27,752 nt of DNA from Candidatus Caldipriscus sp. T1.2 (GTDB taxonomy: Bacteria > Hydrothermota > Hydrothermia > LBFQ01): positions 11,904-39,655 of the forward strand of contig LBFQ01000007.1 of NCBI GenBank assembly GCA_000980735.1. The letters are read 5' to 3'. This document shows positions 19,669-27,752 of the stretch, in pieces. Within the stretch, counting starts at the first letter, position 1, and every line of letters starts with the position of its first letter. The translations under genes were made by a program, and so were the position numbers. Under the pieces are notes generated by a model. It saw only the letters and a list, made by a program, of their open reading frames with translations. It ran no database searches and was not told where the DNA came from.

Positions 19669-19690
19669 ATTCTAAGGTATACTTTAAAAT
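19669..19690. promoter_or_regulatory. Divergent -10 pair (CPBP CCT-TAGAAT 19669-74 minus; deacetylase TAAAAT 19685-90 plus)
   Basis: 8 nt before ATG 19660 and 6 nt before TTG 19697. Confidence 0.55.
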
Positions 19691-19696
19691 TTTCTC

Positions 19697-20602
19697 TTGA
19701 AACTTTTGGCGATATCCATAGATACCGAATGCGATAAGGGGAAAAATTGGGAGATTATAAAGCCCATGGGATTTAGGGGGATATATTGGGGGGTTGCGGA
19801 GTACTTACAACCACTGTTTGAAAGGTACAATTTGAAACCCACTTATCTCTTGAGCCCGGAGGTGATCTTGGACGAAAGGAGCGTAAGGATATTTATTGAT
19901 ATAAACAAGAGGGGGGCGGAGCTGGGGACGCACCTTCACGGGGAGTTTATAGAACCCTTTGCGAATTTTGATGCGGATAAGACGGAAGAAAAGGCGGAAG
20001 ATTACACGGATGAGGTTGAGTTTGAGAAGCTTAAGAATTTGACGGTTATTTTTAGAGAAACCTTCAAATTTTCCCCAAGATCCTATAGGGCGGGAAGGTA
20101 TTCTATAAGGGAAAGGACCTTTAAATTTCTGGAGGCTTTGGATTACAGGGTTGATACGAGCGTTTCCCCCTTCTCCTTCGGCCATCCCCCCATATTTCCA
20201 AAACCCTACAAAGTAGGAAAAATATTGGAAGTTCCGATTACATCTTACCCCCTAAATTGGAAATTTTTCAAGATCCTAAGGTCCCTTCCCCTGTATAAAT
20301 TAAGGAGATTTAGGAATTGGGCTAAGAGGTTCGGACCGATTTGGCTAAGGCCTTCCCTTTTTGACGAAGGATCAATGCTAAAACTCGTGGAGAAGATAGA
20401 GAAAAGAAGCAAGGTGGTAATTTTAAATTTATTCCTGCATAATATGGAGGTGGTTGAAAACTTAAGCCCTTACGATGCTGAATTTACAAGGAAAAACCTT
20501 GAGGGAATAATTCCAAAGCTTGTAGATAGGGGTTATAGGGGGGCAACATTATACGAGATTTACGAGGCTTACGAAAGCGGAAAGGTACCTCTTGAAGGTT
20601 GA
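19697..20602 (+). CDS. Polysaccharide deacetylase family protein (WalW-like)
   Basis: SIDTE, PTYL, ELGTHLH, SYRAGRY, DTSV, LEVPIT and LFLHN motifs of the NodB-like fold. Confidence 0.82.
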   Translation: MKLLAISIDTECDKGKNWEIIKPMGFRGIYWGVAEYLQPLFERYNLKPTYLLSPEVILDERSVRIFIDINKRGAELGTHLHGEFIEPFANFDADKTEEKAEDYTDEVEFEKLKNLTVIFRETFKFSPRSYRAGRYSIRERTFKFLEALDYRVDTSVSPFSFGHPPIFPKPYKVGKILEVPITSYPLNWKFFKILRSLPLYKLRRFRNWAKRFGPIWLRPSLFDEGSMLKLVEKIEKRSKVVILNLFLHNMEVVENLSPYDAEFTRKNLEGIIPKLVDRGYRGATLYEIYEAYESGKVPLEG

Positions 20603-21427
20603 AGGGTTTAAATATTCGTACCTGTATATTTTCCTGAACTTGTCCGTCCACCAAGCCTTATACTCGCTTTCCCCCTTCATAAAGTTAAACTCCCAAAAAC
20701 CCTCCCTCTGATACTCAAGGATCATATGGTACTGTAGCACCTTGGTTGGGGAATAATATGCAAAGTTCCAATCCATACCCTCCAGGTACCAGTACGCAAC
20801 CTTATTAAATCTTAAAACTATACCGTAGGATATCCCCTTTCCGTTCAGGGAGAGAGCCCAAAAGTCGTGCTCAACCGCCTTTAAAAATTCCTTAATAGTG
20901 TTTGAATAATCGGGGTCCCTGAATGGGCTACTCTCAAACCTTGAGTTTATAAAATTTACCAATTTTTCCCAATTCTCCTCAAGGGAAACCCTTTCAACCT
21001 TCCATTCCCCTCCCCTACGTAGCCTATTTATCATATTCTTTATGTCCCTCCTCCTATTCCTTGAAAGGCTCTTCAAAAGCTTTTCCTCGTCGGAAATTTT
21101 CCTTAAATCTATGTAATAAACCCTCCCCTCCAAAATCGTACGCGGGCTTATCCTTAGGGAACTTAGCGTTTTTAGAAATTTTGAATCCTCAGGAAGCCAC
21201 TTAAAAATTGCCACCGTATAGATCTCATTCTTCAACCAACTTTCTAATGTTTCCTTATCAATTTCGGAATCCCACCAATCCACAAAATCGTCAAAGGCAA
21301 GGTGCAATCTAAGAGTTTTCCCAACTTTCCTGATCACGAAAAATTTCCCAATTTCCTTAAACTTCTTAAATTTCCTCTTCGCATGGTCGTAAAACAGGTT
21401 ATAACCGCTTTCAAACACCGTTTGCAT
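20549..21427 (-). CDS. GNAT-family N-acetyltransferase (CelD/BcsL-like)
   Basis: SLSRNRRRDIK..INRL, YWYLEG, YSPTKVLQY and FNFMKGESEYKAWW. Confidence 0.85.
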   Translation of the reverse strand: MQTVFESGYNLFYDHAKRKFKKFKEIGKFFVIRKVGKTLRLHLAFDDFVDWWDSEIDKETLESWLKNEIYTVAIFKWLPEDSKFLKTLSSLRISPRTILEGRVYYIDLRKISDEEKLLKSLSRNRRRDIKNMINRLRRGGEWKVERVSLEENWEKLVNFINSRFESSPFRDPDYSNTIKEFLKAVEHDFWALSLNGKGISYGIVLRFNKVAYWYLEGMDWNFAYYSPTKVLQYHMILEYQREGFWEFNFMKGESEYKAWWTDKFRKIYRYEYLNPSTFKRYLSAFVSLVNLV

Positions 21428-21947
21428 CTCTTATAAGCTCGTAGAGGTAGAACCACCACCTTCTCTTTGGAATACCCCTCCTTATAGCGTACTCCATAAG
21501 ATCGTTTGAGGCAAAAATCTCCTTTCTTGATGCAAGAACGTTCTTTATCTTCTCCAGTATCTTCTTATCCTCTTCATCCGCCAAGTTTTGAGAAAGGAGG
21601 TACAGCCTATCAAACTTCAGTACAAAATCAATGGGATCCCCTACCCCTTCCAACACCTCCCACATACTATAATATAGCTCCTCCAATTCCTGCTTATATT
21701 TTATCCTATCCTCCGCAAGTTTTATGTTTTGCAAAACGTATCCAACCAATGAGACCCCCATAATGGCGGTTATTGCGATGATGCTTATTATTGCGCCCTT
21801 TATGTTCCCAAAAATGGAAAAGATCCCCCAGATGGAAAAGAGGTGAGTCAAAGTTAGGAAGATTGCCATAGGCCTTAAATCCCTCTTTATGTGGGTGAAG
21901 TAAAGGGTAAGAAGGAGGAAGAAAACCGCAAGGAGAATTTGAACCAT
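21411..21947 (-). CDS. Hypothetical membrane protein (three TM segments + soluble C-terminus)
   Basis: Start moved to ATG 21947 (MVQILLAVFF), which has CCT-TAAAAT (21956-61) 8 nt upstream. Confidence 0.65.
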   Translation of the reverse strand: MVQILLAVFFLLLTLYFTHIKRDLRPMAIFLTLTHLFSIWGIFSIFGNIKGAIISIIAITAIMGVSLVGYVLQNIKLAEDRIKYKQELEELYYSMWEVLEGVGDPIDFVLKFDRLYLLSQNLADEEDKKILEKIKNVLASRKEIFASNDLMEYAIRRGIPKRRWWFYLYELIRDANGV

Positions 21948-21958
21948 TTCTGAAAATT

Positions 21959-22432
21959 TTAAGGAAGAATGCCAAGATCCTCCGCCCTCTTTATCCACTC
22001 CCCCACATTTGAAGAAAGGATCTCCCTCTTTATCCTCTCCATAGAACCTTTCGCCCCCAATCTTTCCAAAGCCCTCCAAAATATCAGGGATATTGGATAT
22101 ATGTGTTCAAGGTAGAAGTACTCGCCAAAAAGGAATTCAAAGTCCGCCACAAGTTTATCCTTGATATCATCGTAGGATAGGAGCCTTTCAACTAATTTCC
22201 TTATATACGGTTCGTACCTGAGGTCCCTGGGGTTCTCAAGTGCGGAGGTCCTCATAACATCAAACGCCATAGCCCTATACTTTAAGATTTCCTCCTCCAA
22301 ATTCAAAAATCTCTCAAACTCCGCAAGGACTACCTCGTATCCCTCCTCATTATCCCTAAATTCCCTCAGAAGCTTCAGAAGTCTTTTATGCTTATCCAAA
22401 TAAAATGGGGGGAGGGTTTTCCCCTCCCCCAA
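21959..22432 (-). CDS. Hypothetical helical protein (start uncertain; alternative TTG at 22399)
   Basis: 157-aa ORF with host-like codon usage that fills the gap between neighbours. No recognised motif. Confidence 0.6.
   Translation of the reverse strand: MGEGKTLPPFYLDKHKRLLKLLREFRDNEEGYEVVLAEFERFLNLEEEILKYRAMAFDVMRTSALENPRDLRYEPYIRKLVERLLSYDDIKDKLVADFEFLFGEYFYLEHIYPISLIFWRALERLGAKGSMERIKREILSSNVGEWIKRAEDLGILP
22398..22430 (-). terminator. Putative intrinsic terminator after the nidogen-like gene
   Basis: On the minus strand a 9-bp GC stem (GGGGGAGGG/CCCTCCCCC), followed by UUUUAUUU, starts 6 nt after the stop at 22437. Confidence 0.55.
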
Positions 22433-22436
22433 GGTT

Positions 22437-23991
22437 TTACCTAACTATCTTGTAAGTTTTCTGACCGACCTTAACGAAGTATACCCCCTTGGGTAGATCC
22501 TTGAGGCTAATATTTGAGTTCTCAACTTCGGATGAGAATACCCTCTTGCCCAGAACATCGTAGATCTCCACCTTCGCCTTCCCATCAACCTTTATACCGT
22601 CCTTTGATATGGAAACTTTAACAGACCTTGAAGCCTCGGAAATTGAGGTGAAGTTATCCGTTTGGAATAGTATGGATGTATTTGGAAGTATTGCGGATAT
22701 GTTAGGTTGGGTACCCGTTATCCTGCTTCCGGTATAAGGCAATCCGATGCTACCGCTTTGATTCTCTATACCTATGGTGGCGTTGGGGGGTTGCGGAGCC
22801 GAAGTTCGTGGTATTGTATGAGAAAACTATCTTATTGTCTCCGGTTGTGGTTGAGGTTTGCTCGTAGATTATTATCTGGAATTTGGCGTTTCCTCCGCTC
22901 CCTGCGAACCTCCTCACGCTGTCAAAGAGTATCACCCACTTCCTGTTCGGCGCGCTCCCTATCACCTTGTGCCTTATGCTACCCATAACAACGTTATCGT
23001 CCCACCATATGGCAAGGATGGCATTAGGCAGGGATGTTGATGGTATTGTGCCGTTTGAAGAGTAAGATGAAGTTATACTTGGGTCAAAGGAGAGGAAACC
23101 GTTTGTTGAGATCCTCACCGTAGAACCCGCGGTATATGTTGTGCCGTAAAACTTTACGTCAAACGGTAGCGTTGTGGAAAATAGAACATCATCACCGGAA
23201 CCTAAAACCACAACATCGGGATCACCAGGAACTAACACGCTGTTGAAGACTACAACACCCGGGTTAAAGTTCGTGACACTCGGCGTGGTTCCTACGGACA
23301 AAGTCCCCGTATACGCGTTCCCCATGGTTCCAGTGGAGTTTTCAAATCCTATGGAACCCGTCATAGAAGTTGTGAAGGGCGTCTTGTATATGAAGACTAT
23401 TACGTTGTTCCCGTTGGGATCTGTTTCATCCAGAATTACAACCTGAAATTCCGCAACTGGAGAGCCAGCATTATAGAACTTTGCGCTATCCCAGGTTACC
23501 ACGAGGGCAGAAGTGGGATCGGGCCACGAGGGCCAATACGTCCGTATATCCGGGATGAAACCGACCCAAACCCTGCTTGAAAGGTCATCCCAGAATGGGG
23601 CTATGAGGTGGTTGGGAAGGGAGGGGTTTGGAAAGGATGTATTGGAAAAATATGCCGATGTATAGGATGCTAATGCGATCCAACCGTTGGTGGAGATCGT
23701 GAAGTTTGTACCCGCGCTGTATGTTGTGTTAAAGAACGTCACGTTGAAGGGGAGGGTTTGGGTGTTGTTATACGCTTCGTCTCCGCCTATAACCCTCGTT
23801 TGGGCGGAAGTGGGGATCCACATGAGGGCGGCCAAAGTTGCATCCGCGCTATCTATGATGGGCTGGTACTGCCATGTGGGGGGATAGCCTAGGTCATACC
23901 ACTCGTATGGGACCCCATCATCCTGATCGAACCACATATACCCATACCCATCAGGACCACCACTTGCTACGAGGAAAATGTACCCTACCAT
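22437..23991 (-). CDS. Secreted protein with two nidogen (NIDO)-like repeats and a T9SS-type C-terminal domain; frameshift in G6 at 22785-22790
   Basis: Two LPF.V.F..TTY...ISTNG...I...WDD repeats. Removing one G gives ...GSATPNATIGIENQSGSIGLPYTG..., joining ORFs 22750..23991 and 22437..22742 (517 aa). C-terminus IYDVLGKRV...LPKGVYFVKV. Confidence 0.82.
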
Positions 23992-24000
23992 AGTACGAGT

Positions 24001-24028
24001 ATTATAAGGCGGAAAACATCCTTATAAT
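24001..24028. promoter_or_regulatory. Divergent -10 pair (CCT-TATAAT 24001-06 minus; CCT-TATAAT 24023-28 plus)
   Basis: 9 nt before ATG 23991 and 9 nt before the TPP riboswitch. Confidence 0.65.
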
Positions 24029-24037
24029 ATCCATATC

Positions 24038-24135
24038 GGGCACCGGGGGTGCTGGGGGTTTCCCCGGCTGAGAGGACCCTTTGGGTCCAACCCTTGGAAC
24101 CTGATCCGGGTAATACCGGCGTAGGGAAGGTGCCC
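24038..24135 (+). promoter_or_regulatory. TPP riboswitch
   Basis: P1 gggcacc/ggtgccc. Conserved GGGGTGC, CTGAGA, ACCC-GAACCTGATCCGGGTAATACCGGCGTAGGGAA. Upstream of thi4-thiC. ttccccc (24155-61) can pair with the SD region (24181-88). Confidence 0.96.
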
Positions 24136-24190
24136 TTCCTACGAGGTTCCAAGGTTCCCCCGAATTATATTAGAAAGAAAGGGGGGAGCT

Positions 24191-24985
24191 ATGAAAAACG
24201 GAATTTTCAAACCTGTAAGCGAAGGTGCAATAAGTAGGGCAATATTGGAGGGGTTCTACAGGGATCTCTCCGAAGCTATAAACGCCGATGTGTTCGTGAT
24301 AGGCGCGGGTCCTGCAGGGCTTGTAGCATCCTATGAACTCGCAAAGGCGAACCTGAAGGTCTTCGTCATAGAGCAGAACAACTATCTCGGTGGAGGTTTC
24401 TGGATAGGTGGATACTTTATGAACACGATTACCTTCAGGTATCCCGCGAACGAGATATTTGACGAGCTAAATATAAGGTATACCGAAGTGGAGGATGGTC
24501 TTTATGCCACTTACGGATCATTGGCTGCTTCCAAGCTCATATACTCCGCGGTGGAGGCGGGTGTTAAGTTCCTACAACTTACCTACCTTGACGATCTGAT
24601 AATCAAGGATGGGAGGGTAAGTGGTGTTGTGGTAAATTGGAGTCCGGTTAGGGCGCTTCCCAGATCCATAACTTGCGTGGATCCTATAGCGTTAGAGGGG
24701 AAGTTTGTTATAGACGCTTCGGGGCATGATGCGGTTGCGGTTAGGAAGTTGGCAAACAGGGGTTTGGTTGAGGTTAAGGGACTTGGAGCTATGAACGTTA
24801 ACGCGTCCGAGGATGCGGTTGTGGAATACACGAAGGAGGTTTATCCGGGGTTGGTGGTTGCGGGTATGGCGGTTGCGGAGACTTTCGGGCTTAACAGGAT
24901 GGGTCCCACCTTCGGGGGAATGCTCCTTTCGGGTAAGAAGGCGGCAAAGATAGTCTTGGAATCTTTAGCTGTTAAGTTAGAGTAA
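24191..24985 (+). CDS. thi4: Thi4-family thiazole synthase (Cys-type)
   Basis: IGAGPAGL, GGGFWIGG, TCVDP (Cys162), DASGHDA and RMGPTFGGMLLSGKKAA. Behind a TPP riboswitch. Confidence 0.94.
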   Translation: MKNGIFKPVSEGAISRAILEGFYRDLSEAINADVFVIGAGPAGLVASYELAKANLKVFVIEQNNYLGGGFWIGGYFMNTITFRYPANEIFDELNIRYTEVEDGLYATYGSLAASKLIYSAVEAGVKFLQLTYLDDLIIKDGRVSGVVVNWSPVRALPRSITCVDPIALEGKFVIDASGHDAVAVRKLANRGLVEVKGLGAMNVNASEDAVVEYTKEVYPGLVVAGMAVAETFGLNRMGPTFGGMLLSGKKAAKIVLESLAVKLE

Positions 24986-24998
24986 AGGAAGGATAAAT

Positions 24999-26342
24999 AT
25001 GACACAACTTGAATCTGCAAAGAGGGGTATAGTTACCCCAGAAATGGAATATGTTGCGAAGGTTGAGGGATTGGATCCGAGGGTGGTTATGGAGGGGGTT
25101 GCGAGAGGGGAAATCGTAATACCAGCCAACAAGATCCACCTATCAAAGAACCTAAAAAAACTTACCGGGATCGGGAAAGGTTTAAGAACAAAGGTGAACG
25201 CAAATTTAGGGACTTCGTTTGATTACGTAAATGTAGAGGAGGAAAAGCAGAAGCTCCTCGTTGCGGTTGAGGCGGGGGCGGATACGGTTATGGATCTCTC
25301 AACGGGTGGGGACCTTAGGGCGATCAGGAAGGCCTTGATGGAGATATGCGAAGTTCCTATGGGTAGCGTTCCGGTATACGAGGCGGAATTTGAAGCCGCG
25401 AAAACAAAAGGTTCAATCTTTGACCTTGAGCCGGATGACTTCATAAAGGCGATAGAGACGCATGCAAAGGATGGTGTTGATTTTATGACGATACACGCGG
25501 GTATAACCCTTGAGGGGTTAAGGTTTATGAAGAATCAGGGAAGGACAACATGGATAGTGTCAAGGGGAGGGGGGCTTTTGGCGGCTTGGATGATGTACCA
25601 TAACAGGGAGAACCCACTCCTTGAAAGGTTTGACGACATTTTAGACATATGTAGGACCTACGATGTTACAATAAGCTTGGGGGATTCCTTAAGGCCCGGG
25701 AGCATCGCCGACAGTTTTGATAGGCCGCAAATACACGAGCTTTTGGTTTTGGGAGAGCTCGTTGATAGGTGTAGGTCCGCGGGTGTGCAGGTTATGGTGG
25801 AGGGTCCGGGACATGTACCTCTGAACGAGATTCAAGCCCAGGTGATAGCCCAAAAGAAGATAACAAAAGGGGCACCTTTCTATATTTTGGGTATGCTCCC
25901 CACGGATGTTGCCGCGGGTTGGGATCACATAGCGGGGGCTATAGGCGGTGCGGTTGCAGGATGGGCAGGGGCGGATATGCTTTGTTATATAACCCCAGCG
26001 GAACACCTCGGACTTCCAACAGTTGAACACGTAAGGGAAGGGGTTATAGCCTTCAAGATAGCCGCGCACGTTGCGGATATTGCGAAGGGGATTAAGGGGG
26101 CTTGGGAGTGGGATCTGGCGATGTCAAGGGCAAGGTACGCCCTTGATTGGGAAACCCAGCTTAAGCTTGCCCTTGATCCCAAAAAAGCGAGGGAAATTTA
26201 CGAACAAAGGGCATCCAAGACGGTTGCCTGTTCTATGTGTGGGCCCTTCTGTCCTATGAACCTCGTGGAAAAGTTCGTGCAGGATGCAAAGAAAGCAAGG
26301 CAGGAAGTGAGGGAGATATTAGAAAAACTCACCCTGCCTTAA
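24999..26342 (+). CDS. thiC: Phosphomethylpyrimidine synthase
   Basis: TKVNANLGTS, DTVMDLSTG, TIHAG, SRGG, SLGDSLRPG, EGPGHVP, CYITPAEHL and CSMCGPFC. Confidence 0.97.
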   Translation: MTQLESAKRGIVTPEMEYVAKVEGLDPRVVMEGVARGEIVIPANKIHLSKNLKKLTGIGKGLRTKVNANLGTSFDYVNVEEEKQKLLVAVEAGADTVMDLSTGGDLRAIRKALMEICEVPMGSVPVYEAEFEAAKTKGSIFDLEPDDFIKAIETHAKDGVDFMTIHAGITLEGLRFMKNQGRTTWIVSRGGGLLAAWMMYHNRENPLLERFDDILDICRTYDVTISLGDSLRPGSIADSFDRPQIHELLVLGELVDRCRSAGVQVMVEGPGHVPLNEIQAQVIAQKKITKGAPFYILGMLPTDVAAGWDHIAGAIGGAVAGWAGADMLCYITPAEHLGLPTVEHVREGVIAFKIAAHVADIAKGIKGAWEWDLAMSRARYALDWETQLKLALDPKKAREIYEQRASKTVACSMCGPFCPMNLVEKFVQDAKKARQEVREILEKLTLP

Positions 26343-26345
26343 AAT

Positions 26346-27636
26346 ATGTCCCTTATGTTGATAAACTACGGGAAGTGTGGAATAGGTGCTATAAGGTTGA
26401 ACCTTGAGGTAATAGGCAAATGCACGAGGTGTGGAAAGGATGCGATAATTAATCTTCCTTACGCGAAACAGAAGCTTTGCAAGGATTGTTTTAAAGATTT
26501 CTTTGTAAAAAGGGTGAGGAGGGTGGTTGAGGAGTATAGGATGTTCAGGGAGGGCGAAAGGGTTGCGGTGGCGGTTTCCGGTGGCAAGGATAGCGTAGCT
26601 TTACTCCACGCATTAAAGATGGCTTTCCCAAAGCAGGAAATCTACGCCTTTTACATAAACCTTGGGATAAAGTATTATTCGGATCATCTTGAGAAGAAGG
26701 TTGAAAAGCTAGCGGAGATGGTGGGGGTCCCTTTGGAAATTTACAACCTTAAGGAAAAAGAGGGATACACAATTGACGACTTTTTTGATAACAAAATATA
26801 AAAATGAGATGTGCTCGGTTTGTGGGACGATAAAGAGGAACATTTTTACCCTTATGGCAAAGAATGTTGGGGCGGATGCAATAGCAACGGGACACAACCT
26901 TGACGACACCGTTTCCACAATGATGTCCCTGTTTTTTGCTGGGGACTTTGAAGAGATAGCAAGGTTAAAGCCCGTTTTAAAGCCCCTCCTACCCGGACAA
27001 CCTAGGAAGATAAAACCCCTTATTACAACGCCCGAGATAGAGGACCTGTATTATGTTGCCTTAAATGAGCTCCCCGTTCAGGAATGCGGATGCCCGCACG
27101 GCGAATTTACACCAATAAAAGGTATGAAAAAGTGGCTTGACGAGATGGAGAAGGAACAACCAGATATAAAGTTCAGGCTACTTTCAATCTTCAGAAGAAA
27201 ACTAATACCTCTTGTGGAAAAGAATATGGCAAAGGAGGTTCAGGAAATAAAAGCCTGTACGGTCTGCGGTATGCCATCATCCTCGGATATATGCGCAAAA
27301 TGTAGGAGGGTTATGGAGCTAAAGGAGGTTATGGGAAGGATCTCATACGAAGAGCTTGAGGTTGATATGGAAGATATCCAAAATCTTGGGGAAAACGTTA
27401 TCCTTTTGGATGTAAGGGATAGGGCGGAATACGAATCTTACACCTTAAAAGGGGCCATAAACATACCCGCGGAGGAGATAGAAAAACGCTGGAGGGAACT
27501 GGCAAAATACAAGAAAACCCACAAGGTCGTTGTTTTTTGCAATTCTGGAAGAACGAGCTATTCCGTTGCGGTTAAACTGAGAAATTTGGGGTTTAAAGCT
27601 TACAACCTTAAGGGTGGAATAATGGCAAGCATTTGA
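26346..27636 (+). CDS. ttuA: TtuA/TtcA-family tRNA 2-thiolation ATP pyrophosphatase fused to a C-terminal rhodanese domain; frameshift in T6 at 26781-26786
   Basis: N-terminal Zn finger (CTRC, CKDC), PP-loop SGGKDS, CSVC, ATGHNLDD, CGCP, C-terminal Zn finger (CTVC, CAKC), then LLDVR...GAINIP...VFCNSGRTS...LKGGI. Removing one T gives IDDFLITKYKNEMCSVC (about 429 aa). Start may be TTG 26397. Confidence 0.88.
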
Positions 27637-27658
27637 CTTTAGTGGAATTGGACGGCGT

Positions 27659-27664
27659 TATAAT
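27659..27664 (+). promoter_or_regulatory. -10 element (TATAAT) 9 nt upstream of ATG 27674
   Basis: TATAAT at 27659-64; no SD. Confidence 0.55.
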
Positions 27665-27673
27665 ATCTGGCGT

Positions 27674-27752
27674 ATGAAAGGTTACCTTTTACGCACTTCC
27701 ACGCTATGGGGTAGGGGGCTAATATTAGCCCTCTTAAGTGTGTCTCTCGTCG
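27674..27752 (+). CDS. N-terminus (signal peptide) of a 3'-truncated exported protein
   Basis: MKGYLLRTSTLWGRGLILALLSVSLV..., open to the window end. Confidence 0.5.
   Translation, partial: MKGYLLRTSTLWGRGLILALLSVSLV

Noticed and set aside
21948-22079. N-terminal extension of ORF 21411..22079
   Set aside because: Overlaps the 3' end of the upstream gene in another frame. ATG 21947 has its own -10.
27633-27664. TTGACT...TATAAT as a full sigma70 promoter
   Set aside because: The spacer is 20 bp, too long. Only the -10 is retained.

Overview
Clone end (36 bp of pUC-type polylinker) followed by about 27.7 kb of a very compact bacterial genome. It is probably a thermophilic diderm of the FCB-related/WOR-3 type; this taxonomy is inference from AGG/ATA codon preference, T9SS-like C-terminal domains, LeuT/TtuA/PolX homologues and a TonB receptor. 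Contents in order: a Thermus-like acyltransferase + GT2 pair (carotenoid glycosyl-ester type); a cobalamin riboswitch controlling a secreted beta-propeller with a C-terminal sorting domain and a minimal TonB-dependent receptor; two tandem paralogous membrane proteins, one with a Cys/Gly/Ser repeat insert; rpmH (missed by the ORF track), a divergent EF-G2 and a dihaem cytochrome c; accC-mlaE-alkaline phosphatase; an OMP and ribE; polX-PHP; a LeuT-like transporter; tgt; dapB; a CPBP protease; a polysaccharide deacetylase; a GNAT; a secreted protein with two nidogen-like domains; and a TPP riboswitch ahead of thi4-thiC and a TtuA-rhodanese fusion. Four genes are split by frameshifts. The most striking window-wide pattern is a TAnAAT hexamer, often preceded by CCn, 6-9 nt upstream of 14 start codons that lack a clear Shine-Dalgarno, which points to pervasive leaderless transcription from -10-only promoters.
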